Positions 12,497 through 22,734 of a stretch of 64,000 bases of DNA are shown piece by piece. The position numbers and the translations under genes were made by a program. The DNA lies in NCBI RefSeq assembly GCF_035084215.1, contig NW_027138407.1, positions 806,001-870,000 of the forward strand, written 5' to 3'. Each line of letters opens with the position of its first letter. The first letter of the stretch is position 1. Source of the stretch: Heptranchias perlo. Its lineage: Eukaryota. The notes beneath the pieces are model-generated. The model saw nothing but the letters and a program-made list of their open reading frames with translations. It did not search any database and was not told the origin of the DNA.

Positions 12497-12990
12497 ATAG
12501 AATCATAGAATCAAACAGCGCAGACGGTGTCCATTCGGCCCATCATGCCTGCGCCTGCTCTTTGAAAGAGCTATCAGATTAGTCCCACTCCCCTGCTGTT
12601 TCTCAATAGCACCACATGTTTTTCCTTTTCAAGTATCTCCAGTTCCCTTTTTAAAAGTTACTGTTGAATCTGCTTCCACCTCCCTTTCAAGCAGTACATT
12701 CGAGATCATTGCTGCGTAAATGAAATTTCCTCATTTCACCTCTAGTTCTTTTGCCAATTTTCAGAAATCTGTTCTTACCTCTGGCTACCGACCCCCTGCC
12801 AGTGGAAACAGTTTCTCCCTATATTCTCAAACAAAACCGCTCATAATATTTATCACCTCGATTAAATCTCGCTTAATCCTTTTCTGCTCTGAGGAGAACA
12901 ATCCCAGCTTCACCAGTCTCTCCACATAACTAAAGTCCCACATCCCTGGCACCATTCTAGTAAATCTCCTCTGCACCCTCTCCAATATAT
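12497..12990 (-). mobile_element. CR1 3' fragment
   Basis: ERVQRRFTRMVPGM..FSY.ERL peptide plus 3' UTR. Confidence 0.75.
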
Positions 12991-13448
12991 ATAAACGAAG
13001 CTGTAATTTCAATGCATTCTCATTATCCCTGGATGGTTGGAACCTGATTCACACTGGGCTGTCCCTCATAGTTCTACTCTCTAATTTCCATGTAATCCCC
13101 AATAATCCATCACTGGAATGCCTTTTCCCCCTTAATACACTTTTCTGGATGACACACCCAACGATAGTAAAGTTAAGACGAGCATAACATTTGTTGATCA
13201 ATAAAGCTATTTTCAGTGTTATACTGAACTTTCATGGGTATGTCAAATGATTTTTTATGCACATGTATCGAGGTACAAGAGCTGATGCGTGTCCATTCTC
13301 CAAAACAAAAACGAGCTCATGTTACAGCACACAGAGTGGACGTTCAGATCAGCGATCCAGATTGAATGGGAACCCAAATCCGAAGGGTAACAAGCTGAAG
13401 TTGTTCGTCCCTGCAACAATTAGGCCCCAATTTTATTTAATTTGGTTA

Positions 13449-13540
13449 GGTTTTTGAGTGAGGGAAGGCAGGCGTAGAGCACGGTGGTCTGAGCGCACTG
13501 CAATGAATGGATAAGAATGACCATTATAGCGTGGTGACGC
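13449..13540 (-). pseudogene. Relic V 3' end with orphan RSS
   Basis: CACCGTG (13486-13480), 22 bp, TCAAAAACC (13457-13449), preceded by degenerate ..IHCSALR; duplicated at 17931-17968. Confidence 0.5.
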
Positions 13541-14076
13541 TGTTTACCTTACTTTGCAATGCAACAAGAATATTGCAGATCACCATCGACAAATTGAACA
13601 AGACTGCATACGAGGCAACTCGCTTTGTTTAAACTGCATTCAGTGCTCAGCACAAACCATTTAGACAAGCTGAGAAGGGCTAAAGGGTATTTCAACATTA
13701 GCGAGGTGTTATTTGCTTGTGTTTATTCTTGCATTCAGTGCACCATAACGAGGTGCGAACTAATGAATAAACACAACTGTTTCTATCCCAAATAAACAGA
13801 ACATTTGAGACGCTATAACCGCAACATTGAAATCGAGATTATTGCAAATGTATAATGGTTAGCTGTTTTTGGATGATATAACGATTACTGTCGTGTCATG
13901 GTTAACTATGAGCTCATGGAACGTGCCTGGTTGTTTTATGAACGTTCGGAAGGAAGTTCTGGCAGTTGTTCCTGAAACTGGCTGGAGGGACTTTCTTTTT
14001 GATCCTCGCCGGAGTTAATGGTGTTTCCCTTGTCTGGGGTTTTTGCACCAGTTCAGCCGGGGTTCCGCTGGCTGTG

Positions 14077-14979
14077 TCTCGGCTGCGCAGTAATACACGG
14101 CCGAATCCTCGGCAGCGGTGTTACTGATTTTTAAATAGAACGTCGAGCTGTCGGCTAAAGCAGATAATCCGTCTCGGATTCCAGAAGCATATTTGATATT
14201 GGAGCGATCGTAATATCTGGCTATCCATTCCAGGCCCTTCCCTGGAAACTGCCGATACCAGTACATAACGTAATCATCAACGTCACCGTCAGTCATTTTA
14301 CACGAGAGTTGGTTGGACCCCCGAATCTTCGTGATACCTGCATCTGGCTGGGTCAACACAAGGTCAGAGCTGGAATCTGTTAAAGGAAGAACAAAAAAAC
14401 AAGTAAATCCAGGTTAAAGTGGAAATAATTTAGTTCATAATTTTCGTAAAGAAGTTACAGGACAGGACAGAATCAGGCCATTCGGCCCAGCCAGTCTATG
14501 GCGGTGTTTATAGCCCATACGATCCTCCTCCCACTCTACTTAATTCATCGCATTATATCGACATACCATTCTATTCCTTTCTCCCTCATGTACTTATCTA
14601 GTTTCCCCTTAAGTAGCGCGTTTCACATTGTAATCACTCTCTGCTTCATGCAGTTTCTCCTGAATTCCCCTATTGGATTTATGAATGACTATCTTATATT
14701 TATGACCCACTAGTTTTTGCCCCCATCCCCATAATTGGAAACGTCTTCTCTTACATCTACCCGATCGAAAACTTTCATAATTTTAAAGACCTCTATCAGG
14801 TGACCTGCATTCTCTTCATTATTAGTGAAAGTCTTCTCTTTTTTTGGAGAAAAGAGCCCCAGCTTGTTCAGTCGTTCCACATAGTTTTATCTCACAACGT
14901 CGTATTGGAGTTAAAAATTGCAGCAAAACTCACGTGTAACTTGAGCCAGAATCAGAGCGAGAAAGGTGGCGATTTCCAT
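14077..14979 (-). CDS. Ig-VH-like V segment (family B, copy 1), apparently intact
   Basis: Leader 14979-14934 MEIATFLALILAQVT; V exon 14376-14077 DLVLTQP..C..WYRQFPGKGLEWIA..DSAVYYCAA; RSS CACAGCC (14076-14070), 23 bp, GCAAAAACC (14046-14038). Confidence 0.9.
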
Positions 14980-15989
14980 GACATGGGTCTTCAGAGACTT
15001 GTCGGCTGACGTGACTGCCTCTGGACTCCTGGTCGGTTCTGGGGCACCGAATTATAATTGTCAGTCGAACTAGGTTCCTACAGAGTGATCGAGGAAGCGA
15101 AGGTGTGGCCCAGATCGAGTCTCCCGCCTACATCACTCACTGCTCTTTCTGTCTTGAACTGTGTACTTATATAATCAAGGACAGCACAGAATCCGTATAA
15201 CGACCAAGAAGAAGATGGGTTAACAGCAATTACAGTTTTCCTGTTGAAACAAATAACACATGTTTGAACTGCCAGCATCAATGCAAGCCCAAATAAATAT
15301 ATTTTCGCTTAAATATAATTAATGCCTTGGATAGGGTGGTGGGGAGATTTACCAGAATGGTACCAGGGATGAGGGACTTCAGTTATGTGGAGAGACTGGA
15401 GAAGCTGGAATTGTTCTCCTTAAAGCAGGGGATGTTAAGCGGTGATTTGAAAGAGTAGAGAGGGAGAAACTGTTTCCACTGACAGGAAGGTCGGTAACCA
15501 ATGGACAAATTTTTGAGATAATTGACAAAAGGACGGGGAAGCAGATTCAATAATAACTTTCAAAATGGAATTGGATAAATATTTGTAAAGGAAAAATTGC
15601 AGGAATACAGGGACAGAGCAGGGGAGGAATGGGATTTTTTGGATAGCTGATTCAAATAGTTGGCAGAGGCATGATGGGCCGAATGGCCTCCTCCTGTGCT
15701 GTATCATTTGATGAAATTACGCACACAGTTAAAGATATCAGCGCCAAAACGCTCATAGGTTCGCATCTCCCTGGATGGATCAGGAAGTAAATTCACATCC
15801 ACTTTTTACAACTCAGGCACGGAAGCGAGACAGATTGCCGAGTTAACTCTCCTGGATTGTCCCGAGTTAGCAGAGGAGAGGAAAAAGTACCATGTCGCAA
15901 CGCGGCTATTTCCCATCATTTCTGCAGTTTGTTATCCAGGGCTATAGATCGCACTCGTTACTTTGCCTCAATCTATTGAGTCGGAGCAG

Positions 15990-16540
15990 TGTCTGTCCCT
16001 CTCTCTCTCTCTCTCACTCCATGTCTGTCTCTGCTTCCCTCCGTTAACCTCTCCATGCTTCTCTCTCACTTCATGTTTATCTCTGTTTCTGTCTGTTTAC
16101 GTCTCCACGCCTCTCTCTCTTTCTCTCCACGTCTGTCTCTGCTTCTCTCTGTTTACCTCTCCAGGCCTCTCTCTCTCACTCCATGTTTGTCTCTGCTTCT
16201 CCCTGTTTACCTCTCCACGTCTCTCTCTCTTTCACTCCATGTCTGTCTTCTCCTTCTCTCTCTTTACCTCTCCATGCCTCTCTCTCTCACTCCATGTTTG
16301 TCTCTGTTTCTGTCTGTTTACCTCTCCACGCCTCTCTCTCTTTCGCTCCATGTCTGTCTTCTCCTTCTCTCTCTTTACCTCTCCAGGCCTCTCTCTCTCA
16401 CTCCATGTTTGTCTCTGCTTCTCCCTGTTTACCTTTGCAAGCCTTTGTATCTCTCTCTCACTCCATGTTTGTCTCTGCATCTCTCTGTTGACCTCTCCAT
16501 GCCTCGCTCTCTCGATCCATGTCGGTCCATTGTGTCTCTC
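15990..16540. repeat. Pyrimidine-rich ~45-60-bp minisatellite
   Basis: Repeated CTCCATGTTTGTCTCTGCTTCTC..TGTTTACCTCTCCA units. Confidence 0.9.
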
Positions 16541-17043
16541 AAGTTGTTGTTGTATCACCTCCTAATATTACGTGCTTAAATGACGCCGTATATTTTCCAC
16601 ATAGCGACATCCTACAAATAAGATTACTGGCCAATTCAGCTGGGTTTTCTATCTCGAGTAAGTACTTCGCAAAAGCACCAGAGGAGAAGATGAAGATAAT
16701 TTATTTTATGCTGCGAGTTGCTATGGCCTGGAATGCATTGCCTGATTGGGCGGTGGAAGCAGATTCAACAATAACTTTCAAAACGGAATTGGATAAATAC
16801 TTGAAAACGAAAAATTTGCAGGCCTATGGGGAAAGAGAAAGGGATTGGGACCAATTGGCTGGCTCTGTCAAAGAGCAGGCACAGGCACGATGGGCCGAAT
16901 GGCCTCCTTCTATGCAGTAGCATTCTATGCTTCTATGAACTGCTGTCAACAGTGCATTTATTGGTGTTTGATAATGGCGGAAACTGCTGCATTTCCTCTT
17001 GTTCTATTTTTGTACAGGTCTGGGGCTGAACCGTTTCACTGTG

Positions 17044-17517
17044 ATTCTCCGAGCGCAATAATAAGTGGCGCTGTCTTTGATTGTCAATGTTTTGATACCC
17101 AAAACAAACATATTGTTTGGAATGTCTTTGGAAGCAGTAACTCGTCCTTTAAACTCTGGATTGTACTCATTGTTGCTTCCCCCATAGTACCGAACGAGCC
17201 AATCCAGCCTATTCCCGGGACCTTGTCGATACCAGTACATGTGGTATTTGCTAAGATCGAAACCGCTGGTTTCACAGGTTAGTTTCAGGGATTGTCCGGC
17301 ACTCCTGGTCTCTGCCTCTGGTTGTCTTAACACAACATCCGACTGGACACCTATAAAAGTAAAGAAGCATTAATTATGGTGAAATGATTCCTGGCTGTGT
17401 AAAACCCCCGAGAGGGACTAACAGTGATACAGAAACATTTGGACGCTTGGTGCAGAACAAGATCTACTCACTGGATAGGAAACCAAGCAATAGACCGAGA
17501 GAAATCTCCGACCTCAT
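17044..17517 (-). CDS. IgM-VH-like V segment (family A, copy 2), apparently intact
   Basis: Leader 17517-17472 MRSEISLGLLLGFLS; V exon 17350-17044 (S)[35 protein letters not shown]; RSS CACAGTG (17043-17037), 23 bp, ACAAAAATA (17013-17005); CRE TGACGTCA at 17696-17703. Confidence 0.93.
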
Positions 17518-18509
17518 GCTTCTTGGCATTTGGCGACGTTGGGCGCCCGTTCCTCCAGTCACTCACTGGGCAAACCAGCTCCCGGATTGATGGATCCCGA
17601 TTCTCAGTCACCGGGGTTTATGTAACCGGCAGAAGGGGGCGGGTTGGAAGACGCGACCTATTGGTTACATACAACCGACGTCGACTGGAAGCACGTGACG
17701 TCATCCACCTAAACACAAACTGCGCGTTCACAATTGGTCATTATTAAAGTAGGCCAGTTGAAAATGATTCCTTATGATTTAATCCATAACAGTGTTGAGC
17801 GCAAAAATGTGATTTAGCTTTTTATGTTAACGTTGTGTCTGGGCATATAATGATTAAGATAGAATCATAGAATCACACAGGGCAGACGGAGGACATTCGG
17901 CCCATCACGCCTGCGCCGGCTCTTTGAAAGCGTTTTTGACAGAGTGAAGACGGGTGTAGAGCACGGTGGTCTGACCGCACCGCACTGCATGGCGAAGGAT
18001 GACTATTATAGCGTGGTGACCCTGTTTACCTTACTCCACAATGCACAAGAATGTTGCAGATCACCATTGACAAATTAAACAAGACTGCATACGAGGCAAC
18101 TCGTTTTATTTAAACTGTATTCAGTGTTCAGCACAAACCAGTTAGACAAGCTTAGAAGGGCTAAAGTACAAAAAAGGTAGTTAAACATTAGCGAGGTGTT
18201 ATTTGCTTGTCTTTGTTCTTGCATTCAGTGCACCATAACGAGGTGCGAACTAGTGAATAAACACAACTGTTTCTACTCCAAATAAACAGAACATTTGAGA
18301 CGCTATAACCGCAACATTGAAATCGTGTCATGGGTAATTACGAGCTCATGGAACGTGCCTGGTTGTTTTATGAACGTTCGGAAGGAAGTTCTGGCAGTTG
18401 TTCCTGAAACTGGCTGGAGGGACTTTCTTTTTGATCCTCCCCGGAGTTAACGGTGTCTCCCCTGTCAGGGGCTTTTGCACCAGTTCAGTCGCGGTTCCTC
18501 AGGACTGTG

Positions 18510-19404
18510 TGGAGGCTGCGCAGTAATACACGGCGTAATCCTCGGCTGCGGTGTTACTGATTTTTAAATGGAACGTCGAGCTGTCGGCTGAAGCAGATAA
18601 TCCGTCTCGGAGTCCAGAAGCACATTTGATATCGGAGCGATCGTAATATCTGGCCATCCATTCCAGGCCCTTCCCTGGAAACTGCCGATACCAGTACATA
18701 AGGTAATCATCAATGTCACCGCCAGTCATTTTACATGAGAGTTGGTGGGACCCCCCAATCTTCGTGACACCTGCATCTGGCTGGGTCAACACAAGGTCAG
18801 AGCTGACTTCTGATAAAGGAAGAACAAAAAACAGGTAAATCCAGGTTAAAGTGAAAATAATTTAGTTCATAATTTTCGTATAGAAGTTACAGGACAGAAT
18901 CAGGCCATTCGGCCCAACCAGTCTATGGCGGTTTTTATAGCCATACGATCCTCCTCCCACTATAATTAATTCACCGCATTCTATCGACATACCATTCTAT
19001 TCCTTTCTCCCTCATGTACTTTTCTAGTTTCCCGTTAAGTTTCGCGTTTCACATTGTAACCACTCTGCTTAATGTAGTTTCTCCTGAATTCCCCTCTTGG
19101 ATTTATGAATGACTATCTTATATTTATGACCCATTAGTTTTTGCCCCCACCCCCATAATTGGAAACGTCTTCTCTTACGTCTACCCTATCGAATATTTTC
19201 ATAATTTTAAAGACCTCCATCAGGTCACCCTTACTCTCTTCTTTTTTAGAGAAAGTCTTCTCTTTTTTTTAGGGAAAAGAGCCCCAGCCTGTTCCATCTT
19301 TCCTGATAGTTTTATCTCACAACGTCTTAGTGGAGTGAAAAAGTGTTGCAAAACTCACGTGTAACTTAAGCTAGAATCACAGCGAGACACGTGGCGATTT
19401 CCAT
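18510..19404 (-). pseudogene. Ig-VH-like V segment (family B, copy 2); nonsense codon in the leader exon
   Basis: Leader 19404-19359 has in-frame TAA at 19368-19366 (paralog CAA); V exon 18809-18510 is open; RSS CACAGTC (18509-18503), 24 bp, GCAAAAGCC (18478-18470). Confidence 0.88.
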
Positions 19405-19617
19405 GACATGGATCTTCAGAGACTTGTCGGCTGACGTGACTGCCTCTGGACTCCTGGTCGGTTCTGGAGCACCGAATCATAATTGTCAGTCGAACTAAGT
19501 TCCTACAGAGTGATCGAGGAAGCGAAGGTGTGGCCCAGATAGAGTCCCCTGCCTACATCACTCACTGCTCTTCCTGTCTTGAACTCTGTCCTTATATAAT
19601 CAAGCACAGCACAGAAT

Positions 19618-20010
19618 CTCACTCCATATCTGTCCCTGCTTCTTTCTGTTTACCTCTCCATGCCTTTCTCTCTCTCTCACACCATGACTCTCTCTGCTTC
19701 TCTCTGTTTACCCCTCCATGCCTCTCCCTCGATCAATGTCGGTCCATTTGTCTCTCTTTCCCTTTCTATATCTGTCTGTCTTTCACTTTCGTTCTCAATG
19801 TCTTTCCGTCTTACTCGCTTTCCCTCTCCATGCCTGTCTCTCTGACTCCCTCTCCATTTCTGTCCCTCTGTTTGTCTCTCTCTCCTTACCTCGCTCTCTC
19901 CCTCTCTCTTTCCATGTCTGTCACTTTGTTGTTCTCCCTCTCCATGCCTGTCTCTCTGTTTCTCTCCCTCTCCCTTTCAGTGTCTGTTTCTCTGCTTCGC
20001 ACTCTCTCTC
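19618..20010. repeat. Pyrimidine-rich minisatellite (same family as 15990-16540)
   Basis: Shared CTCCATG..CTCTGCTTCTC units and the CTCGATC.ATGTCGGTCCATT motif. Confidence 0.85.
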
Positions 20011-20083
20011 GCCCCCTCCAGGGAGCAGTTTCTGTACTATCGCCTGTTTTAGAGTTGCTTTCGGCGTTGTATGCAGGGCTGTG

Positions 20084-20844
20084 TCAAGCGAGGCGCAGAA
20101 ATAGATGGCGCTGTCCTCAAAACGAGAGCTGGCGATCTGCAAAGCCAACACATTTTGATCACGGTACAGCAATCCTTTAAACCTCTTCTGAAAACCTTCC
20201 CCATAATAATCTCCCGCGCTGTAAATCCATTCGGGGTTGTGGTGATGCCTCCGCCGGTACCAGTGCAAGATACGCCGCCTACTCGTGTCCTGGTCCAGCA
20301 TCTTGCAAATCAGGAGAACTTCTGCTCCCTCCTTCACCCATTCCCTGGCTGGCGATTGCTCCAGTACTGGCTCGCATTCGGTACAATCTACAGGGGGCAA
20401 ATCAGGAAAACGAAGATTGGATTAAATAGACCGAGAGAAGATGTTTCCACTTGTGGGGAGAATCCGAAACTAAGGGCCCAAAATACAAGATAGTCACTAA
20501 TAAATCCAATAAGGAATTCAGGAGAAAACTTCTTTAACCAGAGAGGTTAGAATGTGGAACTCGCTACCACAAGGCAAATAGCATTTCAGGGGAAGTTACA
20601 TAAGTACATGAGGGAGAAAGGAATAGAAGGATATGTTGATAGGGTTGGATGAAGTAGGGTGGAAGGAGGCTCATGTGCAGCATAAACAGCAGCATAGACT
20701 TGGGTCGAATGGCCTGTTATTGTGTCGTGCAGTCCATGTAAATAATCAACAAATAAACTCAATTACAATATTGAAGCACGACTCACAGAGAAATGATAAG
20801 AAAATTAGTGCCAGCGTTTCGTCTAGAATCACTTTGAAGAACAT
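20084..20844 (-). CDS. TCR V-delta-type segment with an atypical RSS
   Basis: Leader 20844-20787 MFFKVILDETLALIFLSFL; V exon 20387-20084 EPVLEQSP..C..WYRR..IYSAGDYYGEGFQKRF..DSAIYFCAS; heptamer CACAGCC 20083-20077. Confidence 0.88.
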
Positions 20845-21539
20845 TTAGAAAATGTTATATAGCTGCTGGTGTGGGTCGTACTACAGCAATGCTCTGTGAG
20901 AATGTACAGGCAGATCCCGCTCTGAACCACAGTCCCCAATTACTGTTATATATACCACATATATCCGGTTTGGATCTCCAGTTTGAACCCAGCCTTTGCA
21001 ACAAGACACACAGAATTTCCAACAAGATAACCGAACTTGTTGCAAGAAGTTACAAAGACTTTGCAACAAGTTACTGAGAATTTGCAACGAGATACCCAGA
21101 CTTTGCAACGCGTTGAGAAAATATGATTGTATCCTTTTTGAGAATGAATGCTTGCATTAAACCCGCCTGAAATTTACATTCAATACATTACACGAGCTGA
21201 TGGAAAGATATTACATTGGGTTAGGGAACGGAAAAGAGTGGCAACACTCTCACCTCTGATACAAATGGTGCAGGTTCCCTTTAAGAGGCCCCAGGATAAC
21301 TCCCCGGGGTCACAGCCCTGGGTCAGTGGGCACAGCCTGCTCAATCTGTGGCTTTTCAGCGCTGAGTTGGGGGGTTGGGGGGAAACATGCACAAACATGC
21401 ACAAACTGGGGTTCATCAGCCCTTAGCCAGTGGCACAGCCTACGCAAACTAGGGCTCTTAAGCGCTGAGTCAGGGGTCATTTCCTGCACAAACTGTGGCT
21501 CATCAGCGCTGGGGGGGTTGGGGAGTTGGATACGGCACG

Positions 21540-22527
21540 TGACCCCATGCCGTTGAATCAATGTGATGAACAGGCAATCATGGTGCTGCGACGTGCGAAA
21601 GAGATTGTGGCGTCATCCACTTCAGGGCAAATCGGCAACCAAATTTGTGTGACGTGCAATTGGCCACGTTTGAGTGGCGTGCAGTCGGCAATGTTTGTGT
21701 GACGTGCTGTCGGCAAAGTTCGAGCGACGCACAGTCGGCCATGTTGGTGTGACGTGCTGTGGGTCAGGCTCGTGTGACGTAACGCGATGCGCGTGCGTGC
21801 CTTTTTTGTAATTACAACAGCTCAATTGAAAGGAAAAGAGGCTTCAGTTTCTACCACACTAAACGGCCGGCCTTATAATCGATAAAAGTGAAAGTTTGGT
21901 GAAGTGCTCATGTAGCAACAGATCTCCCAGAGTGCAGCGCGGCCTTGTCATCAATACTGGCCTTTCTGTGCGGCCCCTCCATGGTGGACACGGGTCATTG
22001 TTGGACCTGCGGCCCCTCCTTGGTGGACAAGGGTCTTTGTCGGAGCTGTGGCCCCTCCATGGTGGTCACGGGCCATCGACTTTATTTGAACACGGGTGAA
22101 GCTCGCTGGGTTTTTGGTCCCGGTAGAGTGCGGGCGGCCTGTTGATCGAGAGCATGACTCAGAACAATGAGTGCTACAGAGAGAAACACCATCAGAGGGA
22201 GATAGCTGAAGGTGAGGCTGAGTACAGTGATACACCAATAGAGGGAGATAGATAAAGGTGAGACTGAGTACAGTGATAGAGAGAGACACCAACAGAGGGA
22301 GATTGATAAAGGTGAGGCTGAGTACAGTGATAGAGAGAGACACCAACAGAGGGAGATAGGTAAAGGTGAGACTGAGTACAGAGAGTGATGTTGAGAGACA
22401 CCAGCAGAGGGAGGCAGATAAAGGTGAGACTGAGTCCACTGATCCAGCGGTAGCTTGTTGGCTGCAAAGCGCTTTGGGACGTCCTGAGGTCATGAAAGGC
22501 GCTGTAAAATGCAAGTCTTTCTTTCTT
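21540..22527 (+). repeat. Composite repeat: TGACGT cluster, TATA-like box, unique body, purine-rich minisatellite, SINE/L2-type tail
   Basis: Colinear second copy at ~52420-53365. Confidence 0.6.
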
Positions 22528-22734
22528 GCTAAAGCTGCTGATTGCCCCTTAAAAGAGTGAGGAAGATTGCGAACCCTGAAAGTTCTTAAACGATATTAAA
22601 ATGAAATACATTGAATTATTTTTGTGGTGCATTGCATATTGATTAATACTGGTTTACATCTGAGAGCGGTGCAATGTAACCGAATCAAGCAGTCGACGGT
22701 AGTTGCAACAAATCAGTAGAATGTTGTTACTCAT

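Noticed and set aside
15963-16579. Long Leu/Ser/Cys-rich ORFs (also at 21951-22514 and 52831-53470)
   Set aside because: Translation artefacts of minisatellites
11642-19404. Conventional shark IgH (IgM/IgW) cluster
   Set aside because: I found no 12-RSS-flanked D, WGxG J or C exons; the neighbours are TCR V segments
20098-20113. CTCF-like motif
   Set aside because: Explained by the DSAIYF codons of the V exon
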